Below are positions 25,898 to 35,216 of a stretch of DNA of 64,000 nt, piece by piece (position 1 is the stretch's first letter; every line of letters starts with the position of its first letter). This stretch comes from Candidatus Kaiserbacteria bacterium (lineage in GTDB: Bacteria > Patescibacteriota > Minisyncoccia > Phycocordibacterales > UBA2100). The position numbers and the translations under genes are program-made. Location: contig JAHFMV010000001.1 of NCBI GenBank assembly GCA_023267655.1, positions 31,954 through 95,953 on the forward strand, in the 5' to 3' direction. The notes beneath the pieces were generated by a model. That model made no database searches, was not told the DNA's origin, and saw only the letters and a list, made by a program, of their open reading frames with translations.

Positions 25898-26287
25898 ATG
25901 GATCTTTCGATATTTCTCGCACAGTTGTTCGGCCTTTATTTCTTAATCGCGGGCGGCATCATCATGATGCGCCAAAAGTCATACATGCACATCATGATGG
26001 ATGTGCTCGGTAACAAAGGCCTCCTTACGGTGGTTGCTGCGTGCCAGCTCATCGCCGGCCTCGCACTGGTAATCGCGCATCCTATTTTCACTACAGATTG
26101 GCAAGGTCTCATTACGCTGATTGGTGTGTGGATTGCAGTCGAAGGCGTCTTTTATCTCGCGGCTCCGTACACGAAAGTCATGAAATTTGTGCGGATGTTC
26201 AACAATTCGACGTGGTTTACTTCCGGTGGGCTTCTTGCAGTCGTTCTTGGAGCCTACTTAGCCGGCAAAGGCTTTGGCTTCTGGTAG
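25898..26287 (+). CDS. hypothetical small membrane protein
   Basis: MDLSIFLAQLFGLYFLIAGGIIMM… with 3-4 TM segments. Confidence 0.45.
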   Translation: MDLSIFLAQLFGLYFLIAGGIIMMRQKSYMHIMMDVLGNKGLLTVVAACQLIAGLALVIAHPIFTTDWQGLITLIGVWIAVEGVFYLAAPYTKVMKFVRMFNNSTWFTSGGLLAVVLGAYLAGKGFGFW

Positions 26288-26319
26288 GAAACCAATACAA
26301 AAGCGTTGTATCATATAGC

Positions 26320-26724
26320 ATGCGCTTTGTTGCGATAACTGCCATCTTTCTTGCATTGATAGCCGCCGGGATGGTGTTCATCAATCATTCGACAGACCAA
26401 AGCATCGCGGCGCGCATACAAATCCTCGGCATCTGGCGCAGTACGCAAGATTCGAAATTCACGCGTGAATTTAAAAATGACGGCAAGGTCATCGATGCCT
26501 ACGAGGGATCTTCGCTCAATTCCGACGGACGATGGGTGATTTTTACTAAACAGATGCCGATTGATGCGCTTCCGGAGGCCCTCGAGGATGGTGCAGTCTA
26601 TCTCTCAATAGCGGCACCAGAGAGCGAAGCACAATATTTTAAGATCGCATCAATCAATTCGCACGAATTGCAGCTTGTATATTTGGATCGCGGCGGTATC
26701 ATCTCGTTCACGAAAATCCAGTGA
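26320..26724 (+). CDS. hypothetical membrane-anchored/secreted protein
   Basis: MRFVAITAIFLALIAAGMVFINH… N-terminal anchor, then a soluble domain. Confidence 0.45.
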   Translation: MRFVAITAIFLALIAAGMVFINHSTDQSIAARIQILGIWRSTQDSKFTREFKNDGKVIDAYEGSSLNSDGRWVIFTKQMPIDALPEALEDGAVYLSIAAPESEAQYFKIASINSHELQLVYLDRGGIISFTKIQ

Positions 26725-26757
26725 TCCCTTTGGTTTCGCACCATGTGCAGCTAGTAT

Positions 26758-27741
26758 GTGCGGATGCAGGATACGATAGCGGCATACGCGCTCGAGGCGA
26801 TTACAAGGCGCGTCTTTCCTGGGTGCGTAGTCGGGGTGACAAAAAAGGGTACTCGAGAAGTGGCGTTCTGTGGTAGACACACATACGATCCCAAAACTCC
26901 AGAAGTTACTCCTGATTCACTGTACGATTGCGCTTCAATTACGAAGTCGGTTCCGACCGCGATGCTTGCGTTGCAGTTGATCGATGAAGGGAAACTCTCG
27001 CTTGACGACCAGCTAACACAATACATCCCCGAATTCCGTACCTCGCACCGCAACGAAGTCCGTATTCGCCATCTCCTCACCTATACGCTCGGCAATACGG
27101 TGCCGCTTTCGAGCTTGAAAGAAAAAACCCCCGATGAGATTCTCAACGCCGTATACACGGATGATGGAAATGAGCCTGGTACCGTATTTTCGTACTCCAA
27201 TGCTCCAGCGCTTCTTCTTGGGGTGGTTATTGAACGCATTCTCGCCGCCTCGCTTCAGGGCGCCGCGCGGGAGCGGATTTTCAAACCACTCGGTATGTCG
27301 GCAACTGCATTCATGCCGCATGGCGCCGTACCCACAGAAGAAGATGTGCAGGACGTAGTACACGACGAAAGCGCGCGCGTATTTTCGCGCGCAGGTCGGG
27401 CAGTCGGCCATTCGGGACTTTTCTCGACGGTTCCCGATCTTTTGAAATTCTGCGAACACCTTCTCAAAAATCCCGATGAACGGCTCTGCACGAATCAGAT
27501 CGCGCACCTCGGAAATTCGACGGCTCTCGGATGGGAACTCGATCAGCCGTGGATGGGCGGGAAACGTTCGCCGAAAACCTTTGGCAAGACGGGTTTTACC
27601 GGCACGAGCATCGTGTGCGATTTCGATCGAGAAACCGCTATCGTCATTCTCTCGAATCGTACCTATCCGAAAGCCACAGCCGATCGTACCGCTATCAACA
27701 CGTTCCGCTGCGAAATTAGTGATATAGTATTCCGGTCATGA
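26758..27741 (+). CDS. serine hydrolase, beta-lactamase/PBP (class C-like) family
   Basis: S-x-x-K motif (CASITKS), YSN motif (FSYSNAPALLLG), KTG-like (GKTGFTGT). Confidence 0.75.
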   Translation: MRMQDTIAAYALEAITRRVFPGCVVGVTKKGTREVAFCGRHTYDPKTPEVTPDSLYDCASITKSVPTAMLALQLIDEGKLSLDDQLTQYIPEFRTSHRNEVRIRHLLTYTLGNTVPLSSLKEKTPDEILNAVYTDDGNEPGTVFSYSNAPALLLGVVIERILAASLQGAARERIFKPLGMSATAFMPHGAVPTEEDVQDVVHDESARVFSRAGRAVGHSGLFSTVPDLLKFCEHLLKNPDERLCTNQIAHLGNSTALGWELDQPWMGGKRSPKTFGKTGFTGTSIVCDFDRETAIVILSNRTYPKATADRTAINTFRCEISDIVFRS

Positions 27742-28106
27742 CGAATGCAATCTCGACAGGCATCGGCGTTCTTCTCATCCTCGTCGTCGGAGGATTCGTC
27801 TATCAACAAAAGATCGCTCGTGATCGCGCACGACTTACATCGGCGAGCCATGGAATACTGGTACAGGCGGGGGCCGTGACGCTCGCAGATATTGCAAAGC
27901 ACGCTGATCGTTCAAGTTGCTGGAGCACCATCAACGGCGGCGTGTACGACCTCACTGCATGGATCCCGAAGCATCCGGGCGGTGAACAGGCTATTCTTTC
28001 GATCTGCGGTATCGACGGCTCGGCGCGGTTCAATGCGCAGCACGGCGGGGCATCGTTGCAGCAAAAGATTCTCGCGGGATTTAAAATAGGGACGGTTTCC
28101 CAGTAG
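27738..28106 (+). CDS. membrane-anchored cytochrome b5-like heme-binding domain protein
   Basis: …CWSTINGGVYDLTAWIPKHPGG… matches the cyt-b5 fold motif; N-terminal TM. Confidence 0.65.
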   Translation: MTNAISTGIGVLLILVVGGFVYQQKIARDRARLTSASHGILVQAGAVTLADIAKHADRSSCWSTINGGVYDLTAWIPKHPGGEQAILSICGIDGSARFNAQHGGASLQQKILAGFKIGTVSQ

Positions 28107-28243
28107 GACAATTTGGCATTGCCTTTGTTGAAATCAATCGCGATATTATCAAACCAATCACGAGCGTTAATGACTTCTATGTATCAGACAATATCAGCGG
28201 CAGAAACGATGCCAAATTGTACTAACTGGGCTAGCAAAATAAT

Positions 28244-28639
28244 ATGCAGATGACGCAAGAACAATGGGGAATACTTATTCTGCGCCTCGGCCTCGCCGCG
28301 CTTTTTCTGTGGTTCGGCTTTTCGCAGCTTCTTGATGGTGTTAACTGGACGTCATGGGTGCCGATGTGGGCAGTGAATCTCTTGCATCTCCCACCCGCGA
28401 TGATTGTGCTCGCAAACGGCTCATTTGAAGTCGTCGCGGGCTCGCTTCTCGCTCTCAATATCTGGGTTCGGTGGGCAGCGCTCCTCCTCGCGCTCCATTT
28501 GGCAGTCCTTGTCTTTGACATCGGTCCCAATCCAATCGGCATCCGTGATTTCGGCATCATGATGGCAACGTTTGCACTTGTACTACTTACAGAAAAGCGC
28601 CCCATACAGAACGAGGCGCCTTCAAGCGAGGAGATTTAG
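28244..28639 (+). CDS. DoxX family membrane protein
   Basis: LRLGLAALFLWFGFSQL… with a 4-TM DoxX pattern. Confidence 0.65.
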   Translation: MQMTQEQWGILILRLGLAALFLWFGFSQLLDGVNWTSWVPMWAVNLLHLPPAMIVLANGSFEVVAGSLLALNIWVRWAALLLALHLAVLVFDIGPNPIGIRDFGIMMATFALVLLTEKRPIQNEAPSSEEI

Positions 28640-28851
28640 TGCAACTGCTTGCGTAGCGTATCTTTTTGCACTTCCGCAACGACGGCGCGCACGAACTCGC
28701 GAAGCGCTTTCGCATCATATTTCTTGCCGTTATTTTTAAACGAGGCAAGCATATTTCTCTCAAGCCAATCAACTGAAGTCTTCTTGTCTAGATGATGCGC
28801 AACGAACATCTTGTACAACTCCAGAGCGATCGTCTTTTGGCCGTCCGTCAT
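28636..28851 (-). CDS. hypothetical small protein (71 aa)
   Basis: ORF downstream of metK on the same strand. Confidence 0.35.
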   Translation of the reverse strand: MTDGQKTIALELYKMFVAHHLDKKTSVDWLERNMLASFKNNGKKYDAKALREFVRAVVAEVQKDTLRKQLH

Positions 28852-28903
28852 GACTTTGGTCTCCCGATTATCCTTTCTCTTTATACCTCAAGAGACGCTA
28901 ATC

Positions 28904-29956
28904 TCAAATCTTAATAACTTTCTCCCAGCTGCGTCCTTCAACACCAAAGTGTCCATACGTTGCTGTTTCGCGGAAGATGGGTTTGCGGAGCTCCAGTCGT
29001 TTGATGATTTCTTGCGGGCGGAAGTTGAAGTGTTTGTGGACGATTTTTGAGAGGTCTTTGCCTTTGTCGTTGAATGCTTCAACCATAACCGGGTCAACGC
29101 GACCGATCGCATAAGCGACCGAGACGAGCACTTTTTTACCGTAACCGTTGGCAACGAGATTCTTCGCGACGAAGCGGCACATATACGCGGCCGAACGATC
29201 AACCTTTGTCGAATCTTTGCCGGAGAATGCGCCACCACCGTGCGGCATGAGGCCGCCGTAGGTATCCACCATGATCTTGCGACCGGTGAGGCCGGCGTCG
29301 GCAGCAAAGCCGCCGACCTCGAATTTGCCGGTCGGGTTTACGAGGATTTCGATGTTTTTCAAATCGCCGAGGACTGGTTTGAACAAATGCTTAATCAAAT
29401 CCTTGCGAATTTGTTCCTGCGACACATTTTTCGCATGCTGCGTCGAGCAAAGCGCTGTCACGACTTTGCCATCTTTAATCGTCACTTGCGTTTTCCCGTC
29501 AGGCTTAATCCACGACAAAGTCTTTTCACGGCGGAGCTTTTCAAGTCGACGCGCGAGTTTGTTCGCAAGTACAACTCCAAGCGGCAGCATTTCATCCGTC
29601 TCGTCCGTCGCGTAGCCGTACATAATGCCTTGATCACCCGCACCGCCGGTATCGACGCCTTGCGCGATGTTCTGGCTTTGTTTTGCGACGGTGTTTAAAA
29701 TTTTCAATTTCTCCGTGTAGCCGATTGATTTGTAGACATTGGCCGCGATTTTCGCGAAATCAACTTTCGCATTTGTCGTAACTTCGCCGCCGATCATAAG
29801 TGTTCCGTGCGAGCCAAAGGTCTCCACGGCGACACGCGAGCGCGGATCTTGCTCTAAACACGCGTCTAAAATTGCGTCAGAAATCTGGTCACATACTTTG
29901 TCCGGATGTCCGGATGTTACGGATTCAGTCGTGTACGTCTTTAAAAGATGAAGCAT
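28904..29956 (-). CDS. metK: S-adenosylmethionine synthetase (archaeal-type/short bacterial form)
   Basis: ESVTSGHPDKVCDQISDAILDACL, GGGAFSGKDSTKVDRS. Confidence 0.9.
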   Translation of the reverse strand: MLHLLKTYTTESVTSGHPDKVCDQISDAILDACLEQDPRSRVAVETFGSHGTLMIGGEVTTNAKVDFAKIAANVYKSIGYTEKLKILNTVAKQSQNIAQGVDTGGAGDQGIMYGYATDETDEMLPLGVVLANKLARRLEKLRREKTLSWIKPDGKTQVTIKDGKVVTALCSTQHAKNVSQEQIRKDLIKHLFKPVLGDLKNIEILVNPTGKFEVGGFAADAGLTGRKIMVDTYGGLMPHGGGAFSGKDSTKVDRSAAYMCRFVAKNLVANGYGKKVLVSVAYAIGRVDPVMVEAFNDKGKDLSKIVHKHFNFRPQEIIKRLELRKPIFRETATYGHFGVEGRSWEKVIKI

Positions 29957-29961
29957 AGTTA

Positions 29962-30105
29962 TATGTATAAATTAAATAATCTCCCTGCAGGGAGATTCTT
30001 GACGAGAGTATCTGCCCCTTTCGGGTCTGGGGGCACCGTTTCTTTCGAAGGTTGCCAGCGGGTCTACGAGCCAGTTCTCTCTCCGCACTCTGGATACGAT
30101 ATGGG
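29962..30105 (-). ncRNA. SAM-I riboswitch (S-box) with intrinsic terminator, in the 5' leader of metK
   Basis: Minus-strand RNA …AUCCAGAGUGCGGAGAGAGAACUGGCUCGUAGACCCGCUGGCAACC…GGUGCCCCCAGACCCGAAAGGGGCAGAUACUCUCGUC… aligns with the S-box consensus (…AUCaAGAGnGGcGGAGGGAcUGGCCCgaUGAaaCCCgGCAACC…GGUGC…AGAU…). It is followed by the terminator hairpin cucccugcagggag plus a U-tract just upstream of the metK ATG. Confidence 0.75.
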
Positions 30106-30181
30106 GCGTGTCATGAAAATATAACCCCCACCGGTTATTAGCGCAAGCGGGTGTCGTCGGCTATGATGTGGACTACCTGAT

Positions 30182-31126
30182 ATGAAAAAAGTCGTACGAA
30201 TCGGCGGCGGCTCAAGCGGCTATACGATCCTGCGCGGTCTAAAGCAATACCCCTTAGATATCACGGCGATTGTCAACATGTTCGATTCGGGTGGTTCTGC
30301 AGGAGTGCTTCGCGACGAGCTCGGTATTTTACCTCCCGGCGATGTTCGTCGCGCACTTGCCGCACTTGCCGACGGCAAGCAAGGCACAATTCTGCGTGAA
30401 TTGTTTAACTTCAGATTTAAAGAGGAAGGGTCGGTGAATGGTCATAGTTTCGGCAATCTGTTCCTCGCGGCACTTTCGTCAATCTACGGTAGCGATATTG
30501 AAGCGATTCGCAAGGCATCACAAATTCTCAATCTCAAAGGGAAAGTCTTGCCGGTCTCACTCGATAAATCGCATATTCATGCGACACTTGAAGATGGCAC
30601 AAAAATAGTCGGCGAGACCAATATTGATATCCCCAAACACGACGGTAGCATTCCAATCAAAAAAATATTCCTAGAACCACCCGCAAAAATTTTTGATGAA
30701 GCGAAACAGGCAATTCTCGATGCTGATATTATTGTCATCGGCCCCGGCGATTTGTATACGTCAATCATTCCGAATCTTCTCGCGAAAGGCGTCCCCGAAG
30801 CATTGCAAAAGAGTAAGGCGAAGAAAGTGGTGGTCTGTAACCTCATGACCAAGTGGGGAGAAACCCACGGTTTTTGCGCGTCCGACATGGTCAAGGAACT
30901 CTTGCGCTATAGCGGACTCAAACGATTTGATTATGCGATTTGTAACACGAAAGAGCCGAGCCAGAAACTCATCAAGGCCTACGAAAAAGAAAAGAAGTAT
31001 CCAATGAAATGCGATGCCGACCTTTCAAAATACGCAAAAGAAATAGTCACCGGCGACTTTTTCTCCGAGGCCGATATCGCGCGTCATGATGCGGATAAAT
31101 TGGCGAAAGTAATCGCAGATCTTTGA
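30182..31126 (+). CDS. YvcK/CofD-family protein (UPF0052; gluconeogenesis factor / 2-phospho-L-lactate transferase-like)
   Basis: MFDSGGSAGVLRDELGILPPGDVRR is the family signature. Confidence 0.8.
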   Translation: MKKVVRIGGGSSGYTILRGLKQYPLDITAIVNMFDSGGSAGVLRDELGILPPGDVRRALAALADGKQGTILRELFNFRFKEEGSVNGHSFGNLFLAALSSIYGSDIEAIRKASQILNLKGKVLPVSLDKSHIHATLEDGTKIVGETNIDIPKHDGSIPIKKIFLEPPAKIFDEAKQAILDADIIVIGPGDLYTSIIPNLLAKGVPEALQKSKAKKVVVCNLMTKWGETHGFCASDMVKELLRYSGLKRFDYAICNTKEPSQKLIKAYEKEKKYPMKCDADLSKYAKEIVTGDFFSEADIARHDADKLAKVIADL

Positions 31127-31548
31127 TGATTCCGTTCATCGTACTCGCACTTGCTGCTTTTCTACTGCATCTCGCGTGGGAGCGTGTGCACGTCCAGCTG
31201 TATACGGGATATGAAAAAATGGAAGGCCTCCTTCCCGTGTACGTGTTTGCAACGATCGGGGATGTTGCCTACACGCTCTGTGCCGTCTTTTTTGTGGCGA
31301 TCCTTGCGCGTGATCTTGCATGGTTTGTGCGCGGCGTAAGCACGGGTGAGTATCTGCTCCTCGCTCTACTCGGATTTTGCATCGCGCTTTTTGTCGAATA
31401 CAAAGCGAAGTATTATAAGAAATGGGAATATCTGCCCGAAATGCCGATCATTCCGTTTCTGCGCGTCGGGCTCTCGCCGATCGCGCAGATGACAGTGTTG
31501 TTGCCATTCTCCGTCTTTATTACTACTATCATCCTCATACATCTATGA
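31123..31548 (+). CDS. hypothetical polytopic membrane protein
   Basis: 141 aa with 4 TM segments; ATGA overlap with the upstream gene. Confidence 0.45.
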   Translation: MMIPFIVLALAAFLLHLAWERVHVQLYTGYEKMEGLLPVYVFATIGDVAYTLCAVFFVAILARDLAWFVRGVSTGEYLLLALLGFCIALFVEYKAKYYKKWEYLPEMPIIPFLRVGLSPIAQMTVLLPFSVFITTIILIHL

Positions 31549-32003
31549 ATACATCAAAATTGCTGGTCATCCTTGTGGTCGTTGGTCTCGTGGTTGCAGG
31601 TGTCTGGTTTGGCACACGTCGTGCGACTCCGCCACTGGTGACCGTGCCGCCTACCGTGGAAGCAACTTACGTGAACGCATCGGCCGATCTTGTTGTCGTT
31701 TCGAGTCCGCTCCCGGGAGCAACCGTACCCGCGATGTTTACCGTCACCGGACAAGCGCGCGGTACGTGGTATTTCGAAGCGTCATTTCCTCTTGAAGTCG
31801 TTTCGGCGTCGGGAGAGCAGCTCGTACAAATGCCGGTGCAAGCACAGGGTGAGTGGATGACGACAAACTTCGTACCGTTTAGTGCACAAATAACATTGCC
31901 AGCGACCTACAAAGGCGCAGCGAAAATTATCCTCCGCAACGACAATCCATCGGGCCTGCCAGAAAATGAGAAACGTCTGACGATTCCCGTTGTCATTCAA
32001 TAA
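31545..32003 (+). CDS. secreted/anchored hypothetical protein (Gmad2 Ig-like-domain-like)
   Basis: MNTSKLLVILVVVGLVVAGVWF… then a beta-rich domain. Confidence 0.5.
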   Translation: MNTSKLLVILVVVGLVVAGVWFGTRRATPPLVTVPPTVEATYVNASADLVVVSSPLPGATVPAMFTVTGQARGTWYFEASFPLEVVSASGEQLVQMPVQAQGEWMTTNFVPFSAQITLPATYKGAAKIILRNDNPSGLPENEKRLTIPVVIQ

Positions 32004-32007
32004 ATCA

Positions 32008-32040
32008 GAAGGGCGGCCGCTTACGCGTCCGCCCTCTTTT
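32008..32040. terminator. bidirectional rho-independent terminator
   Basis: gggcggccgcttacgcgtccgccc followed by tctttt. Confidence 0.5.
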
Positions 32041-32056
32041 CACAACGGTGTGATGC

Positions 32057-32449
32057 TCACATGGCGGGTGGGAGAAATATACAGATCAGCCGGAACGACC
32101 ACCCAGTTCCTACCCAGGTTTTCCCGATACACACATGCATGTTGTTGTCCCTCGATTCTCGCTTTGGAAAATTTGCCGGCACGAAGACGCTTTGTCCTCG
32201 CTCGTCCGTAACTTCCATACCAAGCATGGTGGTTGCATTCGCGGACGGGCCGGGCAGCGTCACGGTCTTGCTCACCGGTATTGCCGTCACGACCTTAGAA
32301 CAGTCCATTCCGGAACAACATTCCATGGGATACCAGTCATGTGCCGATACCGTCATGTGGACAACGACCGGTATCACGAACGTGAAGAAAAACAGTGTCG
32401 CCACGAAGACCAGCATGGCCAGTAGACGCTTTCGGATTTTTCGGGACAT
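32057..32449 (-). CDS. hypothetical small Cys-containing membrane-anchored protein
   Basis: N-terminal TM (LLAMLVFVATLFFFTFVIPVVV), then a domain with a CC…C…C pattern. Confidence 0.45.
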   Translation of the reverse strand: MSRKIRKRLLAMLVFVATLFFFTFVIPVVVHMTVSAHDWYPMECCSGMDCSKVVTAIPVSKTVTLPGPSANATTMLGMEVTDERGQSVFVPANFPKRESRDNNMHVCIGKTWVGTGWSFRLICIFLPPAM

Positions 32450-32594
32450 ACCCGGCTCCTTTCGTGTTGAGGGGAAACTCGTTTCTATGCAAAATTCATT
32501 CTATTTTCACCTTACGCCTCTTTCGAAAATACGCAAGCTGTTGAAAACAAAGTACTGTGATACGGTGCAATAAGTAGCCACTTGGAGAGCGATC

Positions 32595-33164
32595 ATGTTC
32601 GACACACCCTTCGTTCTTTTGGATACCGAATATACAGCGTGGGAAGGCAGTAGGGAGAGCGCGTGGAGCGGCTCTGGCGAATATCGGGAGATGATCCAGA
32701 TCGGCGCGATCATTGTGGATGAAAATCTGCGAGAGAGGTCGCCGTTCATGTGCTATGTGCGACCGGTGAAGAATCCGATCCTCTCGGATTTCATCATCGA
32801 GTTGACGGGCATCTCGCAGGAGATGGTCGATGTACGGGGAATTTCGCTCGACCAGGCACTGAAAGTCCTCTCGGTCGCAGTGCAAGGATTGCCGATCTAT
32901 TGTTACGGCAGGGACGGGCAATTTTTACGAGAAAATTGTGCGCTGCTTGGAATCCATTTCCCGTTTGAGCCTGAACGCTTCATCGATATTCGTCCGTATC
33001 TGAAGGCACCGCTCGCAGTAGAACATATCGACATTACGCAGTATTCAAGCGGAGAACTTGTACAAGCCTTCGGACTCGAGGGGGGACGGGCGCACGATGC
33101 GCTCAATGATGTTCAAAACCTGCTCAAGATAATTCAAGTACTACGCTCTCGCGGCCGCTTATAG
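32595..33164 (+). CDS. DEDDh 3'-5' exonuclease (DnaQ-like)
   Basis: Exo I LLDTEYT, Exo III HDALNDV. Confidence 0.7.
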   Translation: MFDTPFVLLDTEYTAWEGSRESAWSGSGEYREMIQIGAIIVDENLRERSPFMCYVRPVKNPILSDFIIELTGISQEMVDVRGISLDQALKVLSVAVQGLPIYCYGRDGQFLRENCALLGIHFPFEPERFIDIRPYLKAPLAVEHIDITQYSSGELVQAFGLEGGRAHDALNDVQNLLKIIQVLRSRGRL

Positions 33165-33186
33165 CGGCCGCATCCTTTATGCTACG

Positions 33187-33858
33187 ATGCGGCGGATGAA
33201 AAAAGAGACGGAGAGGAAAGAGCGGATGACGAAGATCCTGAAATACCTCAAAAAGACGTACCACACGCCGAAGACGGAGCTGCGCTACTCAACACCGTTC
33301 CAGCTTGTTGTTGCAGTCATGCTCTCGGCGCAGTGCACGGATAAATTGGTGAATAGAGTGACAGAGAAACTTTTTAAAAAATACAAAACGCCGAAAGATT
33401 TTGCGACGGCGAACCTCGCCGAATTCACTAGGGAGATTTCGAGCGCTTCTTTTTTCCGGAATAAGGCGAAGCATGTCATTGCTGCCGCGAAAATCGTCGC
33501 AGACGATTTTCGCGGCCACCTCCCCCGCACGGCAGAAGAACTCCAAAAACTCCCCGGCGTTGGCTACAAAACCGCGCACGTCATCCTCGGCGAACTGTAC
33601 GAAATCTGGGAAGGCATCCCGACCGACACGCATGTAAAGAGATTCGCCCGCAAATTCGACCTCACCGACAACACCGATCTTAAAAAAATTTCCCACGATC
33701 TCGAACGCCTCGTCCCGAAAAAGAATTGGAAATACGTCAACAATGGCTTCGTCCTCTACGGCCGTTACGTCTGCAAAGCCAACAAGCATGACTGCGCGCA
33801 GCATCCGCTTACAAAACTGTGGCCAGCGGCTGGAAGCCGCTGGCCGAAAACGAAATGA
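33187..33858 (+). CDS. nth: endonuclease III (HhH-GPD DNA glycosylase/lyase)
   Basis: LVVAVMLSAQCTDKLVNRVT, LPGVGYKTAHVIL, and a C-terminal Cys cluster CKANKHDCAQHPL (partial FeS motif). Confidence 0.8.
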   Translation: MRRMKKETERKERMTKILKYLKKTYHTPKTELRYSTPFQLVVAVMLSAQCTDKLVNRVTEKLFKKYKTPKDFATANLAEFTREISSASFFRNKAKHVIAAAKIVADDFRGHLPRTAEELQKLPGVGYKTAHVILGELYEIWEGIPTDTHVKRFARKFDLTDNTDLKKISHDLERLVPKKNWKYVNNGFVLYGRYVCKANKHDCAQHPLTKLWPAAGSRWPKTK

Positions 33859-34205
33859 TCTACTTTGCACCCATGTGCGGACGATCGAAATTTTCTGGGA
33901 TCGGCGAGCGTGCCGGAAGATCTCGCTCATTTTCGCACGTTTCGCACGACAAGGTGCCGTCGGTCTGAAGCCCTTTCCCTCGCTGGTGTTTGGCGCAAAA
34001 ACCGGTTGACGTCGGGGCGCACACCGCGCATGCGAGTATCAAGCTATCACCGTGATAGATCTCGACGACTTTGCCCGTCATGCCTGTGCATCCATCTTTC
34101 ACTCGCAGACCGCATCCTTGCATGTCACACTCCCTGGTTGCCAGTCCCGACTATACCTCTGTCAACGAATTTCTGCAAAACCGTGCCTCATAGTAGGATT
34201 CAAAC

Positions 34206-34898
34206 ATGAAAAGCGTGCAAAAAGTCGCCGTGTTCGACATTGACGGCACGATCATCCGCTCGTCGCTGTTTGTAGAACTCACTGAAGAACTCGTGAGGCG
34301 CAAAATTCTGCCGCACATAGCAAAAGATGAATACGAAGCACAGCACAAAAGGTGGATCGAACGCGAAGGGAATTATGACGACTACATTTGGGCGATGGTG
34401 CGATCGTTCAAGAAAAATATCAAAGGTGTGTACTACGGCGATGTCGCAGACACCGCAAAAGATGTTGTGAAAGAACAGAAAAAACGCACATATCGCTACA
34501 CGCGCGATCTCATTCAGGATTTAAAAAAGAAAGGGTACTTTCTCCTCGCGATTTCTCATTCACCGAAAACCATCCTCGATTATTTCTGTCCGACCATGGG
34601 TTTCGACAAGGCCTACGGATTTCTCTACGACATCGGTCCGGAGGATAATTTTACGGGCGAGGTCATTGACGAGCACCTGATGGCGAACAAGGCAAACATC
34701 CTGAAGCGTGCCATCGAAAAACAAGGCCTCACCCTCAAAGGATCCATCGGTGTCGGCGATACGGAGAGCGACATCGCATTCTTAGAACTTGTCGAAAACC
34801 CCATCTGCTTTAATCCGAATTCAAAGTTGTATCGTCATGCGAAGCGGGAGAAATGGAGAGTCGTCGTTGAACGCAAGGATGTTGTCTACGAGCTTTAA
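34206..34898 (+). CDS. HAD-superfamily hydrolase (subfamily IB, phosphoserine-phosphatase-like)
   Basis: DxDGT motif (VAVFDIDGTI), motif III K, motif IV GVGDTESD. Confidence 0.75.
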   Translation: MKSVQKVAVFDIDGTIIRSSLFVELTEELVRRKILPHIAKDEYEAQHKRWIEREGNYDDYIWAMVRSFKKNIKGVYYGDVADTAKDVVKEQKKRTYRYTRDLIQDLKKKGYFLLAISHSPKTILDYFCPTMGFDKAYGFLYDIGPEDNFTGEVIDEHLMANKANILKRAIEKQGLTLKGSIGVGDTESDIAFLELVENPICFNPNSKLYRHAKREKWRVVVERKDVVYEL

Positions 34899-34955
34899 AT
34901 ATGGCATATTGCACCTAGCGGCTGTTGACCGCGCAGACCAAAGAGGACAAGACAA

Positions 34956-35155
34956 TGAAGCCATGTGAAGCCCTCAAGGCCCTTCGATCCAGAGCGTTTG
35001 AAGATTCGCACAAGGTAGGATCTGAGCATCCTATTGCACTAGTGCCGAACGAAGATGGGAGTCTGTCGCTGATAGACAGGAATTCCTCAAAGCCAACCAA
35101 GCCTGTCATGTCAGCGCGGGAGGTCAATCAGTTTTTTGGAGTTTGGTCGCGATAG
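34956..35155 (+). CDS. hypothetical small protein
   Basis: ATG preceded by AGAGGA; 66 aa. Confidence 0.3.
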
Positions 35156-35216
35156 CGGTCGGGCTCGAAGCGCAAACGAGGGTGGACGATGTCCACCCTC
35201 TCTCTATAATAATCAA

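Noticed and set aside
28107-28243. Inverted repeat caatttggcat … atgccaaattg separated by ~90 nt in the intergenic region before the DoxX gene.
   Set aside because: It is a single occurrence with no similarity to other sites in the window. It could be a small hairpin or regulatory site, but there is no supporting evidence.
33152-33172. Perfect inverted repeat gcggccgc-ttata-gcggccgc (two NotI sites) at the end of the exonuclease gene.
   Set aside because: It is short and positioned exactly at a gene 3' end. It is most simply a transcription-terminator stem and not a mobile-element end or restriction-related feature.
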